From Podarcis bocagei (Eukaryota), in assembly GCA_964188305.1 (NCBI GenBank), contig OZ076894.1: a DNA stretch of 64,000 bases; one strand, 5' to 3'. Positions 49,571-63,489 of this stretch are shown in pieces; position 1 is the first letter of the stretch; every line of letters starts with the position of its first letter. The notes beneath the pieces were generated by a model. It was not told where the DNA came from. It ran no database searches and saw nothing but the letters and a program-made list of their open reading frames with translations. Made by a program: the position numbers and the translations under genes.

Positions 49571-50468
49571 CACTACCAAAAAGAGAGACCCAGATGTGAA
49601 TTATCTTCAAAATGTAATTTCACTGAAATAACGGAAGCCCCATTCCTGACACTACTGCTTTGCACTCATTGTCTAATTAATTAAGTGGAGAGGTTGGCAG
49701 CATGACTTTGCTTCCCCTTTTCCAAGTCTGCCTTTTCAGGCAAACTTTCCAACCTCTACAAGGCCCACGTCAAGGGCATACGTTTGGGCAAAGTGAAATG
49801 ATATTTCCCCCCCTTTTTTTACACGAAGCTGAAAGAGAATAGTGCTGGGAATTCATCTTTAGTTTCAACGTTGAATCTGATCTTTTGGTTGCATGACTGA
49901 CCACCTTATTATCCCCTCTGCTGAACAAGGTCCCGTCGACACAGGGAGTCCCAGGCCCATAGGCCAAAAACAAACACAGCCATTGTACGGCATGGTATCT
50001 CCTGTCAAGAAAATACACAGGCATTGACAACCATTGCGTCCAAAGCCTGGGAGTTCTGCTGGAGAGGACATGCTTGTCTATCAATCCCACCGTTTAGTGT
50101 ACATTATGTTGTATCCATTACCAGCTGCTGACAATGATTTCTCTCTCTCTCTCTCTCTCTCTCTTTTACAGTCAGGGAACGAAAAGTAGTGGGAATCGGT
50201 ACAACTGAATTTGATGGGATTTATTTCTGCACAAAAGTGAGCTATACATTTATTATTATGCACATGGATCCATTCAATTCAGAATGCATGGTGCTTTATA
50301 GAATACAAAGCAGCAGGTCCCTGCCCCAAGGAGGTTACAATCTAAAGTTCAACAGCAAGGGAAAGCACAGAGGAAGGAGAAAGAATTGGAAGAAGAGGGA
50401 AGAGCATGCCCTTATTTCAATTATATGTACTTAGGCTTACATCTCTGAAATAAAAATATCCCTTTCCC

Positions 50469-50662
50469 AAAAAACTATTAGTATTTAAATATATATATAA
50501 AATACAGCGGAGAACAAAGAGGTTTTATTTGTTAAGGTTAAAATGTTATATTTTAGTATTAGTATTTAAATATATATAAAAAACTATTAGTATTTAAATA
50601 TATATAAAAATACAGCAGAGAACAAAGAGGTTTTATTTGTTAAGTTTAAAATGTTATATTTT
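50469..50662. repeat. AT-rich local tandem duplication (~85-bp unit twice plus a partial copy)
   Basis: AAAACTATTAGTATTTAAATATATA...AATGTTATATTTT occurs twice. Confidence 0.8.
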
Positions 50663-51959
50663 GCATAGTTAGGAAATAAGCAGTCACAAAACCAAGTCTA
50701 CAAGTGCTCAGTTAAAGGACAGGTCACACAAAGCTCGCTTTAAATTCTGGATGGTTTTTACAAAGCTCTGCAACTAGTGCCTGAGTCTTTTTCCCTCCTC
50801 ATTCTTTATTCCCTTTCCTTTTGTGTCATGCCTTTTAGATTATAAACCTGAGAACAGGGACCGTCAATATACCAGTCACTGTTTTTTTGCGGCTGAAAAG
50901 TGATGCACAGTTGCTCTAGGGCTGCAGAGCTGGAGGGCAGCACATCTGATCTCTGCCACTGGACAAGAGACCAAGGGCCATCAGGAGTCTCCATCCCCTG
51001 TTTCCTAGGAAGGTCATCACGGCACAAAGTAGACCCACTGGGCTCGCTCCGTTGACTTGAAAAGCATCACTTGCAAAGATCTTGCTTCTCCACCACCGGG
51101 CTAGAAAGAACACTTTGCTCCCCTTCCCTGTTGCCCTGGGGCTGCAGATGGGAAGGTACTCTGGCCCCATCGATCAGCCACTAATTGCTTTTCAAGCATG
51201 AACATCAGTGGTCCGAGTGGGTTATAAATGTTTATAGCTTCTGAACGACCTCCTCTACTTTCTACTCCTGCTCCAATGTGCACCTTATCTTTTTAGTTTG
51301 TAAGTTTACTAGCAGGACATATCGCTCCCTCAACAATAATTGTCTGAAAAGCGGAATAAAATATAGGCACCAAACACATTAAAATGGATTTATCATTGTT
51401 GGAAATATCTGGAAGATATTTATCATACACACACACACACAATTCTGAAGTTCTCAGCCTCTGCAGCTTGGCCTGTAATTGCTATAACGCAATGGACAGA
51501 TTTTAAAGTACCAATAAAATACTTGCAGTATTAGATAAAACATTTTATCCACATTCATTACTGGATTTAGAGCTCCAGCAAAACACATAATTCATTTCGG
51601 ATACTGCTTTTGATACTGGACATTAATGGCAAATTAATGGATCTCTGAAATCCCATTAGAAACGTATGTTCACCATAGCTGTAGGCTTTCTAACAGTGAT
51701 TTTTCTAACAGAAACATGGCCTCCTGGCACTGGTAAGAGAGACATTAAAAGGTTTTTGAGTAGCAGGAATGTTCATCACTCGATTACCCACCCACCTGCC
51801 CACCCACCCAGTGTGTTAGTGTCACCCACAGTGGGGGAGCAGGCATGTGTTGCTTTGGTTTACTTGGTCGCCATATTTGGGGTCAGGAAGTAATTTTCTC
51901 CTGCAAGCAAACTGGCTGGCTTGCAGGTTTCGGCTACCTCATAACCACCATCACAACTT

Positions 51960-52310
51960 GGGTGGATAAGGCATTGGGCTGGATCCTTAGCCATGGAGGT
52001 AGCCTAATAGAGGGGTCCAGGAGGGGGAACTCTGTCCAGGAATCTATGGGGGGCTGGGGGGCCAACACACCTCGCCCAATGGTGGCCTGTATGGTGTTGC
52101 GGCACCATGTCGGGGCTCACTCCCCAACACAACGTCAACCCCACCAGGTTCCTGTCAGGTGGTGGACAGGCTGCCTGATGCTGGATACATGCCCAAAGCC
52201 TTAGCCAAACCTACTCTTTCCTGGAATCAATAAAGTTGTGTCCTAATTTAACCCAATACCAGTCTCCTGTGTCCACTGCTCTCCCTGCACCTGCCGCAGC
52301 CACCATGTGC
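51960..52310 (+). mobile_element. Decayed LTR related to 9970-10736
   Basis: Shares AATAAAGTTGTG(G/T)CC and GCCT(A/T)AGCCAA motifs with the reverse complement of the 9970 LTR; boundaries approximate. Confidence 0.45.
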
Positions 52311-54946
52311 CTCTGCCAGCAAAACTCTGGCCTCCTGAATGGCTTTGGGCACTTATGAATTTGATAGAGAGACATTACAAGGATTTTTTTTGTAGCAGGA
52401 ATAGCTCTGGGGCATTTCTGACCCCATCAAATGGGCACCATGGGACCTTTGGAACTAGATGAACCAGCTCGGCAAAGTCTCTCTCGTTAGCCATGGAATT
52501 AGACTGATGTGATAAGTCCTGCAAGCAGCACACATACACAGAGACTGGGAGATGAATGAAAAGAATGGGATGAATAAAATAAGAAGATCTAGAACACCCA
52601 GGAGGCTACTGATTGATCTAAAATATAGAGCCTATATGTTAAGCTGTGCTAGAATCAGACCGTCTGCTTTTTAACTTAAAAAAAAAAAACTGAATTTGTG
52701 GTGATAGTATTCCTGATGTGGAGAGCGACCACTGTTCACCACTGATACGTGATAAGGCTGCCCAAACATGTTACTTGCAAAGAAAAATTTGATGCTTCAC
52801 TAACTTGTGCTGAGCCTGTAATCTATATTCTCCTCAGATGAGAGAATCGTAGTAATTAGGCACACACAGTAGGGTTCTGTGCTGTGATGCAGCAGCTTGC
52901 ATTGCCATAGAGACAGGCCTCATCTGGAACTTCAGTGTGGCTTGTCTCTTCAGCCGTGGGGAATTTCTGCACTGAACTAAGAAAGCAACTAAGAATTACC
53001 TGTCTAGGTAATTCTTTCCTACACATCCCTTTTAGAATGTTGGCAAAAGTATAAAGAACATACTCTTCCACTGGCAGTAACACCTTGACCTGAGTGTATT
53101 CATGACATATGTACCAGTCATGGGGTGCAGCAATGACAAAGCCCCCATCTCTATTAAACTGTAACTGAGTTTAGCCATAAAAGTAGGTTCTAATCTGCCT
53201 TTATATTACTGCAGTTCATGTTCCATCTACACCTTCCGGGTTTACAGGTGTAGTTCTCTTATCTAAAGGAAAATATTAGTTCTCCATCAACACTGCTCTT
53301 TCCTTAGTACAATCCGGCACCTCACGTTGAGTGACTTTGTTTTTATGCAATTGCACACAGTAATTCCACAAGCACTAAGCGCCCCTAATTACAGAACAGG
53401 AAGGAAGGAATCAGCATGCCTGATTATATCTCCTCTTCTATTAAACCCAAGAGGCTGGGACTTACTTAATTTGTTCTTTCCCGAGCCCTCGTTCTCAAGA
53501 TAGGGAAATTAGCCAACGGGAGAAAAGAAAATTCAGGGAGAATCAGACTCTTGTGGAAAGAAAGGCTGGAGGAAAGGGAGGAAAGAGGAGAGGATGCTAC
53601 AAGTAGCTTTTGTTTTGTTTTGCAGGAAATATGGACTATGTGGGACCGGAAGAATGAAAGGCTAGGGTCCTCACATCACCTGTGTGCAAGTGTAGTTCAC
53701 ACCTACATCTGCTGGAAGTGTAGCACAAGAGTCAGAATATAGGTAACAATTACTGCAAGAACTCTGGCATATAGTTCCAATGTGCAAAATCTTATATTTG
53801 AAATAAACACAATACAGCTTAGTCAGAATGGTCATTTCTGTGTGGGGACATTTTGTCCATTAGCCCCTGCCATCATGGTTTCAACTTGCTAATGAACACA
53901 CACACACAGGGAAGAAAATTCAATAAGGCGGCCCCAATTAACTTTTCTTTCCAGTGTGTCCTGTCTCAGTTCAAACCTGTCCAGTGTATCCTGTCTCAAT
54001 TCAAGCCCTGGGACATCTGAGTCAAAACCATCACTCCAGATGATTTTTATTATTATTTTTAGGGGGTTATAAATAAAAAGTCTTGCAGATTCTCCACAGA
54101 GATGACTAGGGAAACATTAGATACACCCATTTATGTGCTTCAGCGCCTTGCTAAATGGACCATGGCCCAACGTGTTTTTGTTAATTCGTTTTAGTTTACA
54201 CGGAATTTTCAAGGTTCTATCTGCATCTCACACTATCCTCCTTCTGTGCCTGGAGTTTTGTCCACATGGAGGAAAGTTTAATGATGCCATGATGAAAGAC
54301 TGACTCGGAGAGTAAAAGGGGAGGGGGAAGGAAAACAAAGCTTTCGCTCCCTCAGAGTCAGAGGACATATTTTTTAATCACTTACTGAACATTGGAACAT
54401 AGCCCATCATTCTGCATGGGGCTATAAAAGTGTCCTTCAAAACACTTACATGTCCTCAAAGAAGATGCCTCTGTTATTATACTCTTGTGGCAGGTTCTCT
54501 CCTTTACTTCAGTGTTTGTAAAGAAATAAAAATTAATGGGCAATGGCTCTCTGGTTAACAAGTGATTTCAAATTTTCTTACAAGCTCCACAAAATATGTA
54601 ATGGTGCATGTTTCAAGTTTTCAGAGGTGTCACTTTGGGGCTGTAACACTTCAGAGTGGTGGCTTACATGAAGGAAAGCGTCTCCATTTTTATTTTTTTA
54701 AAACACCTCTGTGTGGAAATCTTGCATTAGAACAAGTGTTCTGGCTCAGTCTTCTCCTTGAGAAAGTGCTATTTTTCTTAGGACAGGTAGACTCTTCCCT
54801 CTGTTATGGAGGAACACTTTGTGTGGACTCTTGCGCTCTCAAATTCCAAAGCTTTTCAGTCTGCATTTCTTAAGTGACAATTATTTATTAACTAAGGGCA
54901 ATTGTCACGTGGCAAAAAGAGCAGTGCTGGGACCAAAGACATTGTA

Positions 54947-55177
54947 CAGTGGTACCTCGGGTTAAGAACTTAATTCGTTCTGGAGGTCCGTTCTTAATCT
55001 TAAACTGTTCTTAACCTGAGGTACCACTTTAGTTAATGGGGCCTCCCACTGCAGCTGCACAATTTCTGGTCTCATCCTGAAGCAAAGTTCTTAACCCGAG
55101 GTACTATTTCTGGGTTAGCGGAGTCTGTAACCTGAAGCATATGTAACCTGAAGCATCTGTAACCCGAGGTACCACTG
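54947..55177. mobile_element. Tc1/pogo MITE M1
   Basis: CAGTGGTACCTC TIRs, TA TSD. Confidence 0.92.
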
Positions 55178-55332
55178 TACTACCAACTTTACTGTATGCT
55201 TGAGAAACATGGACCACTTATAAACACCATCTCCAACTTCTCGAAAGATTCCATCAATGGTGCCTCCAAAAACTTTTACACAACACTTGGGAAGACTCGC
55301 AAACTAATGTCAGTGTACTGGAAGAAGCAAAG

Positions 55333-55695
55333 GTAAAAAAAGGTAAAGGACCCCAGGATGGTTAAGTCCAGTCAAAGGCGACTTTGGGCTTGCAGCGCTC
55401 ATCTCGATTTCAGGCCGAGGGAGCCGGTGTTTGTCCATAGACAGCATTCCGGGTCATGTGACCAGCATAACTAAACCACTACTGGCACACGGAGGACCAT
55501 GACGAGTGCTAGAGCGCACAAAAATGCCGTTTACCTTCCCGCAGCAGCGGTACCTATTTATCTACTTGCACTGGCGTGCTTTCGAACTGCTAGGTTGGCA
55601 GGAGCTCACCCTGTCGCAGGGATTCAAACCGCCAACCTTCAGATCAGCAAGTCCAAGAGGCTCAGTGGTTTAGACCACTGCGCCACCCACATCCC
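55333..55695 (-). mobile_element. Sauria SINE (older, divergent subfamily)
   Basis: Homologous to the other copies; GGAAGAAGCAAAG repeated on both sides. Confidence 0.85.
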
Positions 55696-58600
55696 TAGTA
55701 CCTTTACAGGAAGAAGCAAAGATCACCAATGTCGAAGAAATGATTCTTCAACGTCAACTTTGTTGGACTGGTCATGCTGTTCCGATGCCTTATTATCATC
55801 TTCCAAAGCAACTACTCTATTCCCAACTTAAGAATGGAAAGCGAAATACCAGTGGACAACAAAAGAGGTATAAAGACACTCTCAAGGCAAATCTTTAAAA
55901 ATGTAGTATAAGCACTGATAACTGGGAAACACTGGCCTGCGAGCGTTCCAACTGAAGAACAGCCTTTACCAAAGGTGTCGTGGACTTTGAAGAAGCACAA
56001 ACTCAGGGAAAAAAGGAGGAAAAGGAAGGCACATTTGGCGAACCCTTGCCATGATCAACTCCCACCCAGAAACCTATTTCCCCACTGTGGAAGGACGTGT
56101 GGATCCAGAATTGGCCTGCACAGTCATTCATGGACTCGCTGGTAAGACCGTGTTCATGGAAGACAATCTTACTTGACTACAAGTGATTGCCAAAGAAGAA
56201 GAAGAATTAACTATGGGCAACTGTCACGTGGCAAAAAGAGCAGTGTTGAGGCCAAAGCCTGCTGGGAAAAATCTTAACACAGTACTAAAGTACATACTTT
56301 GCATCACTAGTTTTTCAGTGGCATCACAGATTTTTCTATTAAAAAAAGTTTTATAAGTTTTGTGTCTTTGTTTCTTAGTTTGATCCGTTTACATGTTTTA
56401 AATGTATTGTGGTATTTTATGCATTGTGATAATTCAGTTATTGTACTTAGAACTGCATTGCATTTCAACAATTTGTAACATTTGTCTTTTAAAGTTTTAT
56501 ATATACTGTATGATTTTAATGGATTTTTAATACGTACATTCTTCTCTGATGATGTGATGTGATATGCATTTTAAAATGTGGCTGGGTGCTATAAATATAC
56601 CTCTTTTTGCTTCTAGCAATAAGTGAGTTCTCAAAACTACTTAAAGAACATTCTCAACATAATGAAAATAATAATTATATTAACAATTAGGTTTGTATGG
56701 TTACACCCATCATAAATTGGAATAACCTGTTAGCAGATTTCTTCTTTCTAAACTCCTAGTGTCATATTTTACTTTAAAATCCTCAGATTTGGTTTAATTT
56801 TTTACAAGGTTGTAACGAAAACAGTTAATTATGGAGGAGGGGCTGCTCCACACTGAAATCAGTGGGAGACAAAATAGGCTACTTCCTGTTACCAATTTGT
56901 ATCCCCCAACACTCCCTCCCATGTATTAAAACAGGAATTAAGTCAGACTAACATCTGAATTTCAAAGAACCCAGCTTGGCTATTCAGTGTGTAATGAGGA
57001 TCAGAGTGTTGGGAAACAATTCCTGGTCTGACTAAGGCCAGTTCCCCCAAAATTGTTTGCAAAAGCAAAATTGAATGATATTTGACAGTCATTGCCTAAA
57101 TTAGGGGAAAGGGATTTATCAACTACTATCTCTTTGATTATTTCTTATATGTTGTCCCCACTTTATCCTCAAGATTCAACGGGGGTTATAAAACAGCTTA
57201 ATCTCATTTTGTTTCATCCTGGTTTAGGCTACAGGATTGTGACTTCCTGAGGCCTCCCAGAGAGTTTTGTGGCTGAGCTGGAATTTGAACCTGATTAGCA
57301 ATTGCTATATCAACACACCACACTGGTTCTCCGCACTGGCCAACACTGTGTGTGAGTGAGTGCAGGAGAAGAGAGAAAGAGAGAGAGAGAGAGAGAAAGA
57401 AGATGCTATGAAAAGCCAAATGCAACGATCGCTACACAGGGAAGCCAAGCACATGGAAAGCTATCTAACGTATTCTGGGTGAAGAACCTGATGTAGAATC
57501 TGAAGGGAACAGGAGTTCAGCAGTTCTCTCTTGGTCTCTGGTTCATGTGGACATGTGCCTGTGGAAAGATGTTGCGTCAAATCTGCTTTTTATGATAACC
57601 AGTAAAAGCTGTATGCTCAAGGAACAGTATATTTTTCAAGACAGCTTTAATGAGCAGCTGCGTAAATCCATGCACACATAAGAAAGGTGTGTCTTTGCTG
57701 CTTCGTCTATAAAAATTACACATCCCAAGCGTGCTGGTATTTCCCTTCCTACTGCGTGATTCAGAGCTTGAGCTATTTTTCATCCTGAAGCTACCACAGC
57801 TGCATCTGACACTCCTTCCTCCCCAGGAGAACTGGGGCGATGTTGCCAGAAAAAGCACCCTGTGTGAGTCAGTGGACTGAGAGGGGATGCCCCAGGGCGT
57901 GCTGATTCAGTGGGCCTCCATGGCAAAAGCAACAGAACAGATGGTGATAGACACGAACAACAAAGGAACTTCAGAAATGTATAGAAGAAAAGAGGGGGAA
58001 CGTGAACAGCTTAACTGACAAGAAGGGAGGGGAGACAAATTATATCAAAGTAAAATAGATAAGGGGAAACGATGAAAATCCCCAAGGAAATTCCATTTGC
58101 CCAAACAAGATCTGGTGAATTGACCTTGCATGACATAATCAGGATTGTGCAAAACTGAATAATTGTGTGGTGAGAAAGGGCTTCACTTTGCTCACGCCAA
58201 AGTAGGATGGGTGCAACCAAAATGTGCTGTAGCAGATGAATGCAGATATTTGTTATATCATTCCCTGTCACAAGAGGTGGGGATGGCCGCTAGCTTTAAA
58301 ATGGGCAGGGAAGAAACGTGAGTTGTCAGGACCTGTTGAAATTTAAACCAGAGCCATCTCTCCTGATATGCATTACTGGTTCCCCCAATATGTCCCCATC
58401 AAGCACTAACAGGGTCCCATCTCAGACAGTATATTGGCACTCTATGACGAGGACAACTGTCTAGTTCAGGCCTTGCCTTTCTGGCTCAACACATCCTTGT
58501 GCACCACATTAGACTGCTTTCTGACTTTCTACTGCCTCTCGTTCCAATTTGGACTACTATATCAAGCACTGACCCTAGCTAGTGATTGATTCAGTCTTTG

Positions 58601-60346
58601 GACAGCTCCTTTACGAGTGGTACATTGAATCTTGGGTCAACAGCCATTGCAGCTTCCTGCCAACACAAAGCAATAACCCTTCAGGTATTCAGGTTTGGCT
58701 ATACCTTGGCTGCATATGGCCCAGTGCTGAAAGGATGTTAAAAATCCATTTGTTTGTCAACAGCTGTTAAACATGATTGCTAAAAAGAATGTTTATGTTT
58801 AGAGGCAATATGCTTCTGATTATTAGATGCTGGGGGGGGGGGAGAGACACACAAAGAGAGAAAATAGGGAGTGCATCTCCCATTGCGCCTTGCCTGTGAG
58901 CTTCCAGATATGACTAGATAACTGAAACAAAATACTGGATGTACAGAACTTCAGATCTGCAGAGTAAGGAACCATAATGAAGATTGGACAATTAACAAGT
59001 TAGCATAACTAAGGTGCCATTCTTACATCAAAGGACTGAAAGAGTTTAAACTCAAGTATGTCTAGATGAGATTCCGAGATGGTTAGCAAGAAACTAGACC
59101 CCACGTCCAGCAAAGAGGTCCAAGACAAGAGCAGGATCTGAGCAGAAGATTTCAGACTGCTACAGTTCAGAAACTTATGTGATTATAAAGACAAAACAGT
59201 AACTCATAAGAACATTAAACCAACAGTGTAGATACCTCTGCAGCAGGTGGAAAAATAACCCCCAAGATACAGTACTTCACAGTGACTGCAATATGCCAGA
59301 ATGGTCCAAGGCATTCACATCTTTACAAGGGGCTGCAAATGCTTCGCTTAAGATACAGGCTAAACAGACAGACAAATTTCAAGACAGAAAAAGACACAGT
59401 GTGTACGAGAGAGCAGTTTGTTTAAGGTTACTGAGTAGGTACCCATCCAACCTAGAACAGAAAGACATTTCTCCTGAAATTTCCCACCAGCTCCTTGATC
59501 CACGCTGCTGGTTATTTACAAACCAAAGCTTCCTGAGCAATTGCTGTTCTAAAAAGCTGTCTGTGTTTTTAATTTGAGCATCAAAAATATTTGATGTGAC
59601 AAAACAGCCTCCGGAACACCAAATGAGCGTGAAGTATTTTCTTGACTTCACAGAGATGGCCTGGTACTTTTCTCCTTCCCCATTCCTTCCACTTCAACTG
59701 CCATTTCAGGGGGATGGAAGGAGGAAAGACAGTGTACCAAACACTTTCCTTTAGGAAGGAAAATCATCTTGGCAGACTTAGAGGAAGCAAGTGTCCAACG
59801 AGAGGGAAGAACCCCAAGGAGCGCTGGCATTCGGAACAGCTCCTTAGACAGGCATCTGCCACCTGCTGGAGAATTCTTTTTTAAAAAATAGTGAAAGGCA
59901 TGGTACAAACATGCCATGTGTTATAGTTACAAAATATTCGGAAGTATGTAAATCCAGCAACTTGCCCAATGATCAGCACCAAGTTTTCTAATGATCGCTA
60001 TTCCACTCCAGGCCCGCAAATTTGCTAATTGTAGGTTGCTTTCAACTTGGTGGGTCACAAACTGTGAAAGCCAGTTCTTCCCAGTTCATAACTCTAATCT
60101 AACTGTATGGTTCAGCATGTAAACCCTGGCAGCCACATAGCAAACTTTGAAAGAAGAGGAAGAGGTAATCTGATTGATAGAGAACTTCTTCATCGCACAT
60201 TTGGTAGGAACATAGGGAGTTAACCTATACCAGATCTGACTACTGGTCTACCTAGACCACTAATGTCTACTCAGACTGGCAGTAACTTTCCAGGGTCTCA
60301 GGTAGAGGTCTTTTCCATCACCTGTCACCTGATCCTTTTAACTGTA

Positions 60347-60588
60347 CAGTGGTACCTTGGGTTACAGACGCTTCAGGTTACAGATGATTCAGGTTACAGA
60401 CTCTGCTATCCCAGAAATAGTACCTTGGGTTAAGAACTTTGCTTCAGGATGAGAACAGAAATCGTGCTCCTGTGGCATGGTGGCAGCGGGAGGCCCCATT
60501 AGCTAAAGTGGTACCTCGGGTTAAGAACAGTTTCAGGTTAAGAACGGACCTCCAGAACGAATTAAGTTCCTAACCCGAGGTACCACTG
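60347..60588. mobile_element. Tc1/pogo MITE M1, inside an old minus-strand SINE (~60205-60630)
   Basis: CAGTGGTACC TIRs, TA TSD. Confidence 0.92.
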
Positions 60589-61150
60589 TACATGTAAAGC
60601 ATGAACTCTTAAAGTGAGCTATGGTCTCACCACGTGCCTGGTGCCTTGTCTATGAAATACCATGCCACAAAAAAACCCCAGATTAGCACAAACGGATATT
60701 CAGATAGGCTTTAACTGTCACATCGCTCCTCTTCCAGTCTGGCTGGTTTGACTTTGCCTGTCATTGAAACTTAGGCTCATTGTTTGTTTTCCCTTGACAA
60801 AGCATTAGCTGTAAATCAGCAACAAACTTTGGTTAGAGCTTGAAGCAAAGACAAACCACAAGCCCAGGTTTGAATGTTATGCTAAGCCAAACCATGACTT
60901 AAACTCACCACTACAGCAGGACCAGAGGAAGAGCAAAGCACCAACCATCTCCTCTCTGTGATCCTGTGCAACCACCTAAGCCATGATTTGGCACAGCCTT
61001 ATGTGATAACCCAATCAGTGAATTGTCAAGGCTCCAGCATTATGGATTGTGTATCTTAACGGCAATATGACCACCGGAATTTAGAAGAATTTAGAAAGAA
61101 AGAATTTAGAATATAGCTGAAAACTGTGGAGTCAAATCAGAAATGGGATG

Positions 61151-61720
61151 GGACTGTCTCGCCAGGGTGGCGCATGCTCTAATTATCTCTCGCTTGGACT
61201 ACTGCAATGCACTCTATGTGGGGCTACCTTTGAAGGTGACCTGGAAACTACAACTAATCCAGAATGCAGCAGCTAGACTGGTGACTGGGAACAGCTGCCA
61301 AGACCACATAACACCGGTCTTGAAAGACCTACATTGGCTCCCAGTATGTTTCCGAGCACAATTCAAAGTGTTGGTGCTGACCTTTAAAGCCCTAAACAGC
61401 CTCGGTCCAGTATACCTGAAGCAGTGTCTCCACCCTCATCGTTCTGCCCAAGGGCCTTCTGGTGGTTCCCTCGCTGCGAGAAGCCATGTTACAGGGAACC
61501 AGGCAGAGGGCCTTCTCAGTAGTGGCACCCGCCCTGTAGGACACCCTCCCACCAGATGTCAAAGAGAAAAACAACTACCAGACTTTTAGAAGACATCTGA
61601 AGGCAGGCCTGTTTAGGAAAGCTTCTAATGTTTAATAGACTATTGTATTTTAATATTCTGTTGAAAGCCGCCCAGAGTGGCTGGGGAAACCCAGCCAGAT
61701 GGGTGGGGTATAAATAATAA

Positions 61721-61770
<50 letters not shown>
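61151..61770 (+). mobile_element. L2-clade LINE 3' fragment (same family as 7289)
   Basis: ISRLDYCNALYVGLP...HITPVLKDLHWLPV; (TTA)n tail. Confidence 0.92.
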
Positions 61771-61771
<1 letters not shown>

Positions 61772-62984
61772 AATTTGGAGCTTGCCCAAGCAGAAAACAT
61801 GAGTTGCAAAGCAATGCAAGAGCTAACGTATTGTTAGCTAATAAACAACAACAGCAGGTAATGCTTCAAACTCAGCAAAATGGAGAAGGTGGAGCTGGAG
61901 ACCAAAACCTGGTGGAGAGAGATTAAAGCATGTACACATAGACTCCAGGAAAACTCTACACTCTCTTTGCAAACAAAAAACAAAAACAAAAAAACAACAA
62001 CCCAGAGATATTTATGGGAACTAGTAATTCATTTCTGAGAGAAACCAAGATACCTATTTACAAATCTATTCAAATACCTGGGGGACTGTGCCAATGCAGT
62101 CTTCTGCATCAGAAACCATAATGTGCATTGACCTTGTAAAGGAAAACATTCTTGTGTTGGAATACACAGTGTTTGCTCGTGTCTGGCTGAGTGTTTCTGT
62201 GCAATGATGCGGACAGTAGAGACCACTTGGTTTGGTATTTCCAAGACAGAACTTTATTGCTAGATCATCCAATTATCTACAATGACCCCCAGCTTTCTTT
62301 TTGTTTAGCTTTTCCATTTTCTCCAGAAGGAAAACTAAAACCAAACACTTCTGTAAAAACTCATGTGGCACTAGAACAGAACTAACAATTTACGGCGGAT
62401 GTTTACCCATCACAAGTTAGTCTGGCATCTAAAAGCAAAATACAAATGCCTGCCTGCCTAACCTTAACCAATCTATTCCTTAGTACCACCAGGTGTCATG
62501 GGAAAATCAATTTCTCCAGGCCTGAATATAAAACACACACACAAATATTTCTGAAGGCAGATCCTTGACCTACTAGTTCTATGTCAGCCCAGGCATAATC
62601 TGGATTGGGTAAAACATTAACTTTGCTTCCACTGTTAAGAAACCTCTTCAGGTGCACCTGTTTCTGTGATCTTTGCTGTGGGCCTGGAAGCAATATCAGC
62701 AGAAAACTAAATAAAAGAAATAACTATGCTGAACTATTCATCTAGACATCCACTGATGTTAAGTTGAACAACGCAAGCAGAATAGGTTACCCACAAAATT
62801 AAGCAGAACCAATTTGGGGTTTAATTTAACCATTATAATGGGTTTCTATAACTGAGACGGAGTACAAGTTTGGGGTGGGTGGATGGATCAAGAAGATCTA
62901 ATGCTTCTTGAACTTTGGAACCCATTAGTGCTGGGCAATATCTGGTTTTCTTCTGTAAAATAGTATTATTTGGTCCCATGACTA

Positions 62985-63319
62985 CAGTGGTGCCTCGCAA
63001 GACGAAAAGAATCCGTTCTGTGATTCTCTTCGTCTAGCGGTTTTTTCGTCTTGTGAAGCAAGCCCATTGAAGGATTAGTGGATTAGCACTATTAGCGGCT
63101 TTTAGCGGCTTATCTGCTGATCGGATCAGCTGATAAGCGGCTTAGCGGCTTAGAAAAAAAGGGGGGAAGGAAAAAACCCTGCAGGAACTCGCAAGACATT
63201 GTCGTCTTGTGAAGCAAGCCCATAGAAAATTCGTTTTGCGAAGCACCTCCAAAACGGAAAACTCTTTCGTCTAGCGAGTTTTCCGTCTTGCGAGGCATTC
63301 GTCTTGCGGGGCACCACTG
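62985..63319. mobile_element. Tc1/pogo MITE (family M3)
   Basis: CAGTGGTGCC.CGCAAGACGAA TIRs, TA TSD, internal TTAGCGGC repeats. Confidence 0.88.
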
Positions 63320-63489
63320 TATTTGTTAGATTTTCAAATGTGTCCCTGGGCCCAGAAAGCTTACTTTGTGATACCAAATATTTTTTAAATGATTTTCCCC
63401 CCCTCCAGATCTCTTCCTGGGTCTAAGCATAAGCAAAGGGAGCAAATATTAGTTTTACAACTAATGGTAAATCAATATGCTTCCAGTGT

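Larger units (their letters stand above)
54939..56205 (+). mobile_element. 5'-truncated RTE LINE with ~52-bp TSD, carrying a nested MITE and SINE
   Basis: LPTLLYA.ETWTTY..HLQLLERFHQ, LPKQLLYSQL, CGRTCGSRIGLHSH; (GAA)n tail; duplicated flank 54887-54938 and 56206-56257. Confidence 0.85.
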
